Of a DNA stretch of 64,000 nt, positions 39,262-54,095 are shown one piece after another (the stretch's first letter is position 1; each line of letters begins with the position of its first letter). The DNA comes from Lytechinus pictus. Taxonomy: Eukaryota. The position numbers were made by a program, and so were the translations under genes. The stretch covers positions 8,372,001-8,436,000 of the forward strand of contig NC_087263.1 in assembly GCF_037042905.1 (NCBI RefSeq), written 5' to 3'. The notes beneath the pieces are model-generated. The model was not told where the DNA came from and did not search any database. It saw only the letters and a list, made by a program, of their open reading frames with translations.

Positions 39262-42200
39262 TAGTAGTAGTAGTAGTAGTATAGTAGTAGCAGAAGCAGT
39301 ATATTCTAATTCATCGTTTAGAATCATTATGAAACAATTTTTTATTTAAAACAACTGGACTTGTATGATGCTGTAGATTCTCCTTCGTTTTGTACTATTG
39401 TTATTATTCTTGTCTTATCATTATTATTACTGCTTACTAAATTTATTTTGGCTATTGCCCGAATTGTAGGCTTTTCACCTCCTTGTGTATCGGGGTACAA
39501 ACGCCACTGCAAAATATGTTCGGATTTAATTCGTATCCGTGGCCGTGTAGCCACTGAACTCTGTGCTATTATCAGTGGCTGTGTAGATTGCATACGGTGC
39601 AGTGTTATGTGCATGTCTAACCAGCGACGTGTGTAGACTCTTCACTAGTCGCTTTTTAGCTATTTTTACGGAGATTGCCTTTGCCAGGGTGTAAAACAGA
39701 AACGCGCGGCCCGGAGTACCCCTTGGACCTATGAAGAGATGGACATTCAACGCTTAGATAATGAATTCACTAAAAGGGTGACTGTTATCGTCATCTGAAT
39801 AACATTCCCTTCATAAACTAGGTTCCAAAAGAAACTTATTAAACTTCACAAGCGCCCTACACAAATTCCACTCAGTCAAAATGATCGAAATTTTGACACA
39901 AACTAGCTTCAATAATCTTTACTAAGCACATGTTAAAAAATCAGAGATTGGTTCAATCACTAAGAGGCTGTAGCCCCTCGAATCAATTGGTATCGGAGAT
40001 AGGATTACACAGTTTATTAAAGTTCACAGTATGACCATAGCCATGTTTAATATTATTGATAAGAATAACTAAGAAGTTTCAGAAAGTTCAAATGAACATT
40101 TCAAACACACTTAATGAGTTGAAAGAAGCATAATACCTGAATGGACTCAATAGCAGTCAAGCAAAGAATGACCATTTGGTTTAACCCATCATTTCCGTTG
40201 GTCTTTCTTTTGCCATTTTGTGACTTTGGATTCCGGAACCAATTGCTTTGAGGGACTACAACCTTGTTCTCAAACCAATCTCTTAATTATTGACACGTGC
40301 TTAGTAAATATTATTCAAGCTAGCAGCTAGCCCGTGTTAAAATTGTGTTTATTTTGACTGAGTTAAATTTGTGTAGTGCGCTTGTGAAGTTTGATAAGTT
40401 TCTTTTGGATCCCAGTTTACTTGTCTACTTTGGTCCTATGATCGTTACCGTGAAAAGGCCCTGAAGCAGTTCGTGATCGGAGCTTTATAATGCTGAAACA
40501 GGGTATCAGCCAACAAAACTAAGACCGGGGAAACCGATCCGTTTTTAAGTGATCAGATACGTCTTGGTCGTCATGGTAATTCCTATTGTCACAACACATG
40601 TATGTTCTTATTAAGATATACATAACCAGGTGACGGTGATTATCATTGGATCAAAGAAATGCTCGCGTTAACCGTCCATCTCTTCATAGGTCCATTGTGA
40701 AACATTTCTGTGTTTTTTCGATCGCGATCATCACGAAAAGCGATATCGATAGCCCAAAAATATATATCATAAACTTCATAAATATATTATAAATTTCATT
40801 CAGTTTCTTTGATGTGGGGGATGAATTTTTCTGCATAAATATTGAAGTATGATTTTGTGAATTTATATTGGTTATAAATGGCTAATATTTACTTTTTTGT
40901 TACTGAATTTATCCACTGTATATGAATATGTTATTACTATGACATTTTGTACGTTTATTTGTATGATGAACAATTATCTTTTGTGAACGGTGTTTTGTTG
41001 ATATTGATATTGTAATATTTTGCAATGTACCATTACTTCGATTTTAAACTAAATGATTTAATAAATATCATTACAAAAGAAAATCATAGGGTCAGGCGGG
41101 TTACGTCAATGCAACATTTGTTTGTTTGCTGCTTTTATTCTTATCTTAAACAGACCTAAGCAATAGGGAGTTTTCGCACAACGACGTATGGACGATCAAA
41201 GAGAAATGTGTTGTCACATTTGACGGGCATTTTCGAAACATTTACAGTGTTCTTAAATCCTCCGTACTTCACGAAGAGAATACTACCTATTATTTGTATT
41301 CAGCTAACGGTTTTGATGTTATCTCTATTCATTTTCAAAGTCTTTCTTGAACACTTATACACTGAAACGCCCGAATGGATATAACTACTGGATAGGCCTG
41401 AGTTACAAAGATAGTGACGGGAAATACACGTGGGTAAACAACACGCCATCAGGGTAAGTGTTAAAAAAATAATCCGTTCCCCATTACAAATACCAAAGGG
41501 AGGGGTGCAAAAACCGGTATAGGCCTATCGCAAATCCGTGTTATTTTTTTTTCCTAAAAATTCACTTTGATAAATATTTCCGCGTATACTGGAACTTTTC
41601 GCTCGCTCTTATCAAGTGAAGGCTGTCAGAAATGTTCAATAAGAGTGCACCTATTTTCTTTACTCACTGCGCTATTGTTTTGGGGGAATGGAAACAATTA
41701 AACGCGGTGTTCAAAAACGTGATTGCCCCAAAATGTTGCCTTTCTACTAATATCAGAGTCTGCACTGTAAGGGTGTTCTCAGTAGTGGTGGTGATAGGGG
41801 ATATAATAAGCACTTCCAGGCCCTGCACTTGGGGTTTCGTGCCCCCTACGTACTATAGCAACGAATATATATCAGATTCTCACATTCCCAAACACACAAT
41901 TAATTTAAACATTTAATTATGAATTATAATTAAGAATCTTTTCGAAGACTCTTCAGTTCGTGTAAATCTACAACCCCCCCCAAAAAAAAAAAAAAAAAAA
42001 AAAAAAAATCGATATCGTAGTATTTTGTATGGATTTTTTAGGATATCTTGTTTGAATGTCCGTCAATATCCTGCACATTTTGGTAAATTTACCAAATTGT
42101 GTCGTAACATTTTTATGGCACATTTTGGAACTTTTCAAAATGTACAATTTACTAAAATGTACAACAAGCGGTCAAATAAATCGGACTATGGTTGTTCCCA

Positions 42201-45200
42201 TAGTTACGAATGGGCGCATTATCAACCGCTTTTCCTCCGCAAACAACAAAATTAGCACTCGGCTTTCTCCCTGCCCCTCCCGTCCTTTGTAGAATTTCTA
42301 GTCAAGCGGACCTAGTCGTAAGTATATTTGTTAATGAATGAATGCACCTATAAATATGTATTTATATCATTTTTTTTTTCTCAACTATACTTTTCTTTTT
42401 ACCTCTACAAAGGTTTTCAAACTTAAGACCCCAGGGCCAGCAAGGAGGATGTGTTCGGCTCACGACCAGTCACTCGGGACAATGGGAGGGCAGCAACTGC
42501 GCAGAGGGACGTGTTCATATTTGCCAGCGTGATTCAGGTGATCTAACGTGAAAATGAATATTCCACACATTAGCACGGTGGTAAGGGGTTCTCCTCTATT
42601 TTTTTTGTGAGTTCAAAATATTTTGTGAGTCTTTCAAAACCGTTCAGCGGTTTTAAAAGACTCACAAAATATGTTGAACTTGTGGTCGTCTTCGCCAGCC
42701 AGGGGAATCGCCCCCCCCCCCCCTCCCTAGTCTCCGGCGCACTGCCCGTGGACGAGAATATCAACTATAACATTTCCCTTGTAATTATATAATAATGACT
42801 AGCCTTGAGGGAACATTGAATATATATTGCCCGCAATATAATTATATTAGCCCGAGTCTTTAGACGAGGGCAATATGGTTCCTTTTATATATTTAATGTT
42901 TCCCGAAAGAAGACCCAGTCAGAATTTTTATTACTATCCAAATCAGACATCTAGAGCAAAATCGTGAAATTTTTTGATATTTTACCGTTTAAGAATGTGA
43001 TTCTATTTTTTCATGTTGAGGAAATTGTGCTTGTTAGCTTAATCATTGTGACTTATTTGAAATGTCAATGTATCCATCAGATTGACATTATGACGTATAT
43101 AGACCAGTTCGTATTTACTTCATGGACAATTTTGGTCAAATGACCTTTCATTTCTTTCATTTTGATAGGCAGATTTCAAAGCAAGATATTACGTAAGCTT
43201 GCCTTACATAGCGGGATATAAAAATTGAATAGAACAGGTGACTAGAATAGCACACCAATGAACACTTTATGAAGGTATTTGTTGCATTCCTACTTTGAAT
43301 GCATATCATTGCATGTTGCACAATGTACTTGGCAAGCTGTGAAATACCAGTCGTTCGTGGACGCATTGTTTTTTTTGTGGATGTAAATGAATACCACTAT
43401 TCAAAAGAATATATGAATAATCAAGACATCAAAGTTGGCGCTCATCTAATTAGATTTTAAACCACCACGTCACTTTAGTACAAATGGCCTTCCTCTGATC
43501 ATGCGTAGAATCTTTTGATCATGCGCAGAAAGGAACTACGAACATGACACGTATCTCTGTCTTCGCTTCCTCAGACATGTCAGATGAACGGATGTGAGAC
43601 AAAGGTACAGAGGTATATTATACGTAGTCTTTGCATGCAAAGTCAGTACGTGCAGACGGACCGAGGAAAATACGAATAATATTCCGATATTCATAAAATC
43701 TTGGGCAATACGGTTTCGTAAATGACCTGCTCAGGTGTCTGATACGGGTAAAATGAACTTTTATGTATTTCATAATTTGTTTAATTGCTTGAAATAAAAA
43801 TTTTAAGATATCGAAATATTTTGCTTAGATGCTTTTTTTTTGTTTTTTATTCTAATTCAATGGACAGGTTTCTCAGTTGAAATAAACATCAATTTTCATT
43901 TTGCAGATCCTCGTTGTTCTTGGCACCAGTACGGGCAATCATTCTACCGCTTCATGGGAAATGGGAGGAGTTTTGATTCAGCACAGACTGAATGTACGAA
44001 CATAGGAGGAAGATTGGCGATTATCAGATCAACGGAAATTAACGTAAGTACGATGGAGGTTATTGACGGGGCATGATAGTCAATTTAATCTAAGATTTTC
44101 TTGAAAATATTTGAAGAATATTCGTGTTTGACCTTATAAATGAAATAAAGTTGCGTTATGTCAAACTCAATTAGGTATTTATCCCAAAACTGTCTAAAGA
44201 GCAGTTTCATGTATTCAGTGAATTTTGTGAATGCCTCGGAGTTTAATCCGATAACGAGTCCGAATAAATATAAAAAATATCAAATATAGCGATTGGTGTT
44301 CTCACTTCCTTTACTTTTGTTTACTTCACCGATAATATATCCCTTATAAAAAAGTAGATTGGTTAACATTCTACATAAATTTATAGTTTGTGGTAAGACT
44401 TTTCTCTCATAGAAGTACGAGTGCATGTTGCATTATACAGTGCGTCCCACAAAAATAGAGATAGATTTCACAATTATTGATTTTTTCCATAAATTTGATA
44501 CTTATGAAAAAAGTGGAGTATCATCTTTAATTTGAGTTCAACCGCTTATCAAAACGTTCACGCATGGCAGATTACAAACAATACATATTGAGGCATATCA
44601 GAAACGATTTGCGCAGAAACTTACATGTTAATCTGAATCCACTCTCATATCAGGGACCAGTGAGAGAACCCTTTCAACCCTAAATAATAAATGCTTATAA
44701 TGATGAATAATAGTAACAATACTCAATTTTCATAATAGCTCAAATTACAGTTTAGTCTCTTAGCGCTCTAAGAGGTAGTATGAGAAAGAAAAGAAAGAAA
44801 GTGCTCAAGAATCAATAGACGAATAAGCACAAACCAATCTTGTCCAACTTTTCTGAGCAACCTGATTTTGACACTAAAATTTCAAACTCGTCTTGCTCAT
44901 TAATACATGACGTGTTTGTCTCATAATAGGTATCAAAATATAGAGGTATAATTGAATCGTATGATGGTGTAAATGGGATGCCATTAATCACTTGCATTTG
45001 AAGAAGAAAAGACATGGCTATCTCGGTTTCCTTTTTTCTGGGACGCACTGTAGTTTCACGCTACACCATCTAGTAAAGCGATGTCATAGAATGAGTATGG
45101 AATGAACCTGATGAATAATGACTTATTGTATCCTACATCTCATATTTTGTTTGGTTTTCTTTTCTTATTCTTGTTGATTTAATGAATGAATGTATTCCAA

Positions 45201-48200
45201 ATTAAACATACTTCACTCCCTGCAAACAGTTATCGTGTAGACTATCTATAGTTTTGGTAAATTCCCCTCTCAAAGTGCATGTCACTATTCCATTTCATTA
45301 CGAGATGATATCAATGCATGTGCCCAAATTAATTGTGGTGAGAAGGATATATTCAAATTTACCGATTTTACATCTGAATTTGATTCGATCAGGTTCAGGT
45401 TCCTTAGGGGAATGTCTCCGCAATTTTGTCTTGTTTATAAAACACCTTCTCAAGCACGGAATGTGCTGACAATTTCATGATTTGATTTCTGTCGTTAGCT
45501 TAATATCACATTACTAAATATGTAAAGTAATTGTTAAAACAGCCATTTAAAATAAAAAGAAACACATGACCGGGGAAAATGTCTTGAAGGGTGATTTATT
45601 TTACAATGATATAATTCTGACCAATATCTTTTTTTTCCCTTGTTAATTACGGAAATTACACAATTTGTTTGTTCTTTTCTCAGACATTTCTAGAATCGTT
45701 TGTAACACCTGCTCTTCCATCCCCTCATTGTTACTGGTTTGGCCTAAGTCGAAGCTCGGATAGTGAGCCATTTATCTGGAATGATGGTAATAACTTGAGG
45801 TGGGTGTATTCCTTTTATTTTCTTGACGTATGATTGGGAATAGGGTCATCGATTTGATGCTGATGGTTAATTTCGCAATATAATCACCAGCATTAACAAT
45901 ATGAATCGTTTACTATTTCAGATAAACTTGCCGCTTGCAAACTTTCTGGGATTAAAATGTGGTGTAGGCATGTCAGTGCACATCGTTTGCATTAAAAAAA
46001 TCACTTATGGAACTGTTTACTGAGTGCAGAGCACTATCAGTCTCGTAACATTCTTTTTACTTTCAAAACACTGTAATGGGTTGATAGAATGAATAACATT
46101 GACATAATTACAGATGTAAAATTCACAACACCCTAGTACATTCATGAGGAGTACGTATCCGGAAACGTACTGCAAAAGAAGTAAACAAGAGTTGGATAAG
46201 AATCTTTTAAGGTTACCGTACATATTAAAAATTCGTGTGTTTGTGACCAATAACTTCAGTTCAGTACCTCAAGATCAAAATCGAATGTGCGGAGAGAGAA
46301 GTACGTGTTGGAGTAAATGGTAGATATCGATGTGAGATGTACACAAAATTTAACAGAAATCAGGTCAAATATGTGGAATGTGATTATATTAAAACAGTGG
46401 TCAAAATTCGCTTGTTTGTTATGTTAAAACAGTAGTCCAGTACATTTTATGTAAGGCACTTGCCGTCTTAAAACGAAACTAGAATTTCAATTTCATTTTT
46501 TTTCTTAGGGTGTTGGTCCCATTGAAGACACCGTTAGAAAAAAATCGCATCGAAATCCAAAACCCGAGTGATTTCGCACGCACGCGCGACCCGACTGATT
46601 GGTATAAGCCTCCTTTAGCATGTTTAGGACAACTCCCTGTTTAGGACGAAATAGGCAAGGGGTATGTTTTGGGGATTCCTATATGTTATAATGGATCGGA
46701 AATTGGTAGGTCCTAATTTCTTCGAGCTTAGAAGACAGTGCATATTGGAATTGCTTGCACCCCAAGCCCCCAATGTATTGGTACCCTCTACATTCTGCAA
46801 GTAACCATTAAGTTTATGATGCCGTAGCAAAGCGGAGACCCCTCGCCTCTCGAAACGGGATACATCGTGCGGTGCATTTTCGATTGTTTCTGTTAAAAAA
46901 AGTAGAAACACACAAAAATGCACTCTTCCATTTTCCCTTAGCCAGACAACTATCATCAAGATTTTTTCAAAATCAATTCTGTTTTTCCTAACTTTTACTT
47001 TAGCGACCCTCAATGGGCTCCTGAAGAGCCATCAAGCTCCACCATGTCTATAGGACGGTCCTGTGGATGTTTATGGTCAGATCGAAACAGCGATGGCAAT
47101 CACGGTCGATGGGACAGTCGGATTTGTGAAGACGCACTGCCTTACATCTGTGAAAGACCACAAAGTAAATTATGATGTTTTGACTTGAACTGTATAATAT
47201 AGTTTACAATTAATGACATCGTAATAAGGTTTAATTGAGAACTACACGCACGAGATATCTGTGGAATATATTTAGTTCTAAGTGTAACAGGTGTCTGTAA
47301 TTATTCTAATGGGAGAGATTAATTATGATATGTACTATAAATGTCAAATAGGATTTTGTGGATAATCCTTATTGATACACCATCCTAGTCTTAAAACCAT
47401 GAACGATTAACAGAAAAAGTAATTAATAAGAAAAGTGATGATAATATTAAAGGATTTATACAGTGCGTATCAAAAAAAAAGTTTACACTTAGAAAAAGTC
47501 CAGTAAAATTTAAAATTATACATTTGTAAAATCCTTAAGATTTTTCCACATTTTAACATTGGTACAGATCCATTTAAGCAAATGACGATGTAAAAGTCGA
47601 AAAATATTTTCGCTTGAGTGAACACCACTTACTTTTGAAAAGTTAGTGAAAATTGATTTTTGCAGAACTTTGAAATAATTATGAGAATAAAATTATACCT
47701 TAATCATGAAGACTACGTGGAATTTAGCTAGTAAACTTGATTTGAAGATATCCTTTACCCTTTTTAACGTGTTCCCTTGCCAAAAATACTTCAAAGAGTG
47801 CACTGCGCCCCACCCCCATTCCCCACACACCGAGGCCATCGTGACGATAATTGCTTTACACTGGGCTGTGATTTACATGAACTGGCTTAGGCTTGATTTT
47901 CATTTTGTTAACCATTGTCAAGCTTGGGAAAAGTGTTGAGAAACAAGTATTAAATGAAAAATGGAATGTGAACCCACTTTAAATGATAAAGACTTAGTGA
48001 AAAAATGCTGGAGATGGCTGATATAAACTTTTGTTCAGATTCAGTTGTGCCATCAGATCCAGCTGGCACAAAAAGGGTAAAGGTTGTGCTTACTAAGTGT
48101 TGACATTTCAATTTGGGTGGCAAATTGTTACAAAATGCTTGAATGTATCCGTTTAATTTCAATTGACTAAAAGTGCAAGGGAAATGTATGAGAAATGTTT

Positions 48201-50106
48201 CGCAGGGTAAGTTTGATTTCGCCCTTTCCCCTTGACACAGCGTGAAAACGAGCATTTCTGCGCAAACAGATATCCGCGAGCTTTACAAAAATGGACAGTG
48301 CTCACTGAAGTGTTACATCCTGTCAAAACTTTTTCTTTCATCGGATAGATGAGACCCAAACCCAAAAATATATGTGAAAATATTACTCATTTGTTGTATA
48401 TGATTACCAGGGCTTTTTCATAGTGTAAACTTCTTTTTTTTAATACGCACTGTATAGCGCACGTATCCACCTTGTTTGGTGCTCAAGGCGCTCCTATATT
48501 ACCCCGACTAAGCTAGTCTACCTATTCCGGTGCTCACAGTTTTTGGAGGAATTACTCCCTGTCTGTCGGTAACTATTTACATCACCCGGGTTGAGTACAA
48601 CAGAATGTGTGTAAATTTATTGCTGAAGAAAAAAAGGCCATGGCTGGGAATCAAACCCACGTCCCCCGGATTAAAAGACGAGAGTCTTAACCACTAGACC
48701 ACAACGCCCCCGGTAGAATTAATTCGGTAGGCTAACATAAGAGACTGGTAACGTGATATATTTTAGAAAATCATTTGATTAGGTACATATTGCCATTATA
48801 TGAAAGAATGTCAAACTTAATTATTAACTTGCAGATAAAATCAATGATAAAATTGATCTTTAGATTGTTATATGATTTAATGTGGTTTCATATTAAAGCA
48901 GCAACACAGTCAAAAACTCTGAAAATTCAAACCTTTAATAATTCTCCTCTAACGCAGTCCCACTTGATGGAAAGTGGATAGAAATGGCAGCAGTGAAAGA
49001 TGTGCAGTATTACTTCTCAACATTTTCATCGAATTATTTCAATGCAAGCGAGTATTGTCGGCAAATAGGAGGACATCTGGCGCAATTGAAAACATCAACC
49101 ATTGACGTAAGTTATTTACATCAACAAGAAATTATCCTTTAAGCTCGATACCTGCAAGAAAATACCACACAGTTTTTTTTTCTTGCCACTTCTTCTTTCG
49201 TTGAACCTACGCTTTATTCATGGTTTTAGCCATCTAATTGGCAATTGTCGTATTCATTTTGTACACCATGTACAGGGCCAAGAGTAGTAGATTTACACTA
49301 CATTATTGGACGGGAGGGGGAGGGCGTATGTGGCTGCTTGCCATGAAGGCGTTATATTGTCATTGATTTTATATATGTATACATATTTAAACAAAATAGT
49401 TTGATTTTCTTACATATGATATTTTTCCCTAAAATTCTTTCAGTATCTGATCAATGTTACCGTGCATGTACTCTAAATTTCATACAAAATATAATACCCC
49501 AAAAATGACAAAATTAAAACTTGAAAACAAAATAACGAATGAAACATATTCTAATCGATATTTCCCAAAGAGAAATTTCGGGATTGTATAACAGACAACA
49601 GTTTTCAGCATTCAGTTATATCTAACAATTCATTCCTCCAAATTCTTTATTTGTTTCCATGGTTTGCAGACAGCAGTGACAACTCAATTTGAAAATATGC
49701 AGGTCTACAGGTTTTTCTTCGGGCTAGATGATCTGAGTAACGAAAATAATTTTCGATGGGCTGATGGCACGTTATTGAGCAAAACGGGGTAAGATTATCG
49801 TACCATATTTCTTCCTTCATTTTCGTGAACTTCTCAGTTACATTTACTACATCATTAAAAGTTGTAGTAGTTGTAGTAGAGGTAGTACAGGGGCTGCGGA
49901 AACTGGGGGGCTTCAGCCCCCCCCCCCCCCCCCCCATTTTTTCCAAAACCGTGTACAAAAACGTAAAAATTACCATAGGATTGTGATTTTTTGCATGGTC
50001 ACCCCCCCCCCCCCCACTTTGAAAACCGTTCCGTAGCCCTTGTAGTAATAGTGGTAGTAGTAGTAGTGGTAGTAGTAGTTGTTGTTGTAGTAGAAGTAGT
50101 AGAAGT

Positions 50107-50157
<51 letters not shown>

Positions 50158-53100
50158 AAATTAGTAGTAGTAGAGAAAAGTTTTCAACGTAGATTTCAAC
50201 GTAGACGACGCCACCGCCGTCGTCAGCGTCGCCGTCAGAAAAACGGTGCCTATAATCACGCTTTGCTGAGTGCTAGCGAGACAAAAATGTAATTTCCCGG
50301 CTAAAGAGTTAAATTTAAAACTTGCGTTACTCATTCATTCAATGTTATATCCATGGTAACACTCTAAAAGTTAGGCCTAAATTAGGCTTGTTTCACACTT
50401 AGAAGGATTTTGAGGAAAATAAATTCATATTTGACTACGTGTTAATTGACATATTATGTCAATGATCATGTCCGATGCGATCACTGTAAAAAAAAAACTT
50501 GCCTTATAAGGGAGTCCTTACTCAATTCCTTCCCTGGTTAGCAATTCAAAACTGCTCATCTCATAATAATGCTTATTTCCGACTTGCCTTTTATTGGAAG
50601 TTAGAAATAATGAATAGTAATAAAAAGCTGTACCACTTCAATCATAATTGTAAATATTGTAAGATAACTAAAAATGTAATTTGAAATGACTCTAGATAAA
50701 TGAAACATTTTTTTGAATGTTTACCCTAAGAAAGGGGAAAAGAAACGGGATATCGATATTTGACCCGTCGCATATTCAGCTACATTACATGCATTGAAAT
50801 GTTTCACGAATTAATATATTTTTATCATTATTTTCATCCGTTTTATGTCATTGTCAATGCATGCTCGTTTGAATTTACTCTACTTATTCAAATATTGCTA
50901 CTAACAATATAGCCTCGATTAACCCTTTTAATTAGTAAAACCTATTCGTCTACATACTAAAATGTAAGCAATTTATCAATAACATAATTCTATGATTGCA
51001 CCAATTCGCAGATATTCAACATGGATTGGGTCAAACCCGGATAATTATGCAGGGTACGAGCATTGTGTGGAGATGAATCACAACGGTGGTTGGAATGATC
51101 GATATTGTAGCGATCGATTACGATTTGTGTGCGAGAAACCAGAAGGTAGGTCTGAATCAATTACATAATTTATTGGGGATCTTCACCCAGCGACGTACAG
51201 AGATCCAAGAACAAAGAAAATGTATTGTCAAATACCCTTCATGACAAAGCACAGCCAAGGAGTCTTTGTCGAAATTTGATGATTCAAAACAACAGTTCCG
51301 GACAATCGACATATCATATCAAGTCCTTTTACGCCTTTTGGACCCCTTGCGCGCGCCAATGCTCAGCGGCGCACGCACAGTCGCACAAGCGCAGCCCGGC
51401 GAGCGCTAGGGCTATACGCTAGGGCACGGCGGCCGTCACGGTGGCCCCTGCCTGCTGCACTGCATGCACTGCGCTGTCAGCATATTAGGTACAGTACGCG
51501 CCCGGCCCGAATATGACAACTTTTGCCATTGACTTGTCGTCTGTCACATGTTTATTTAAAGGGATGGTCCGGGCTGAAAATATTTCCATCTTAATACATA
51601 GAGTACAATTCACTGAGCAAAATGCCGAAAAATTCATTAAAATCGGATAACAAATAATAAAGTTATTAAAGTTTAAAATTTAGCAGTATATTGTAAAAAC
51701 AGTCGTCATGAATATTCATTAGGTGTGCTGATGATGTCACATCTCCACTTTCCGTTTTCTTATGTTATTACATAAAATCATAATTTTTTCATAATTTCAT
51801 ACTTGTGTGAATAATTTGTCGCCCTTATAATGAAATAAGTTGCAGCAATAAATATCTAATGCACCAAATCAGTTGTCAATCAATTTTTTCTAGTTCTTGG
51901 AGGAAAAAAATTGAATAAACTTAATTTCACATAATACAATACAAAAGAACAAGCGGAGATGTGACATCATCAGCCCACCTAATGAATATTCATAACGACT
52001 GTTTTCACAAAATATTGCTAAACTTTAAAATTCAATAACTTTGTTATTTGTTATCCGATTTTGATGAAATTTTCGGCATTTTGCTCAGTGAATTATATTC
52101 TATTTATTAAGCTATACATACTTTCAGCCCGGACCATCCCTTTAAAGCTAAAACGCGAACGCGAAGTTTGACCAATGAACATCATTCTTACATCATCGTA
52201 AAGCTTAGAGAAAACTGCACAATGACTCATGGGAACTAAGCTGTAAGATACCATCAAGCGAAATTGGATCGAGTGGGAAATCGTTTGTGGTGACATAAAG
52301 TAGGATTTTACGTTGAGTTTCATCCTATTTTTTATATGAAAGGGATGTTTTTGACCCCAAAACGCGAATGTAATTAACATCTTTTCAAAAAATTCAATTA
52401 TTTAATGGATATAATATGATATCATCAGCATTATATCATTGGAACTACGGATAAAAGGGGAAACTTTTTCAGGAATGACAAAATTGTTAACAAAACATGA
52501 AATTTCCAATGGTATTTCCATAGAGTGGTAGACACGCGCGGAAAGCACGCGCAATTAGTGTCCCATAGGATTCGATATGTTGCATTTTTTGTAAGTTCCG
52601 AAACTTAATACGCAACTGCGGTTCCGGTTCATCAATTTGCGACAAAGACCTCTCATATGTCCTTTTTCTCTTTCATGGGAATACATTTAAGGTTTTTTTA
52701 ATCGGCCATGCGTCGCGGAACAAACAAAAAAAAACAATAACCCTGTTAAAACTGAAATATTTCTCTTTTTCATATATATATTGTCGCACATATTTTAAAT
52801 TTACATTTCACCATTTCACATCTGAGGGGGTGATATTTCCAAGGAATCATGTCGACCCCGGAGAGCAAAGTGGCCAGGGGAATCAGTCAGATGTTCTTTA
52901 TAGAAAGGCATATAGGTTATAACCATTTTTATCATTACCGTCTATGTATAAGTCACATCCATTAACAGCTCCTAAATCATGTTCAGCTCGGAATCTAAGT
53001 AGCAGTACGAGAAGATTTTCAATATTTATTCAACTCATGTGAATATATCGCGATAAACATTAACATCTTCGCCATGGTCGGCTTTGTTAATGACATAACT

Positions 53101-53172
53101 TGCGTACCCTCCCCCCCCCCCCTCCAAAAAAAAGTGTATCATTATGTATACATGCATACATGCAAATATAGG

Positions 53173-53209
<37 letters not shown>

Positions 53210-54041
53210 TATGTATAAATGTGATCAATCTTGGTGATGTACGTGTACGGGTCTCCTTTATAATTATATTTGAGATCAATAGTAAGGAGAGGGCCGTAGC
53301 CCGGGGGGGCACTCGACCAAAAAAGTGGTAGGGGTGTGCCGCAGGCGAGACCAAAAACGGGGGCCTTGGAGCGGGCTCATTGAAAAAAGGAGGGTCCTCG
53401 GAACGGGCTTCGGAACTACAAATATTTGTGAAAACGGGGGTCCTTGGAACGGGTCGCCTGCGTGCGAGTGCGTATGCATCCCTATGGAACGTACATGCAG
53501 CTAGCCCGACGGCACGACTGACGGGCGCGCTAGCGCAGAGGCGATGGTCGGACAGCGAGCTGCGGCCGCTTTTCACCAAAATTGCGACGCGGAACGGCGT
53601 AACGGAAAATATGCGAAGCCCTGGAGCGGATTTTTTTCATCTTTTTTCTCGAGAAGAAAAAATGCTATGCTCTGGAGCGGTTTTCTTTGTTCTTTTTCTC
53701 AATAAGACAAAAATGCTATGCCTCGGAACGGAAATTTGAGTGTAAAAATGGGGGTCCCCTCCGCGGCACATACCCACTATGCACTATATACTGAGTGCCC
53801 CCCCCCCCGGGGGCCGTAGCAAGGTCAATACTCGTCTTCATCAAGCTTTCGGGCACATGTCCTTCATCAGGATCTAAACCAATATATAAAATACAAAATA
53901 TAGGCGTACTAATATATATTATTAGTAGGCCTGTATTTTGTATTTCATATATTGGTTTAGATCCTGATGAAGGGCATGTGCCCGAAAGCTTGATGAAGAC
54001 GGGTATTGACCTTGCTACGGCCCTCTCCATACTATTGATCT

Positions 54042-54095
<54 letters not shown>

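Larger units (their letters stand above)
53266..54048. mobile_element. Palindromic Penelope-like pseudo-LTR remnant beside (TA)n, with an inserted MITE
   Basis: After removing 53300-53819 the segment is a near-perfect palindrome centred at ~53915; each arm has CCTGATGAAGG(G/A)CATGTGCCCGAAAGCTTGAT. Confidence 0.7.

Noticed and set aside
39070..39327. Poly-Val and poly-Tyr ORFs
   Set aside because: (GTA)n microsatellite
48636..48711. tRNA gene
   Set aside because: Degenerate cloverleaf fused to a SINE body and tail
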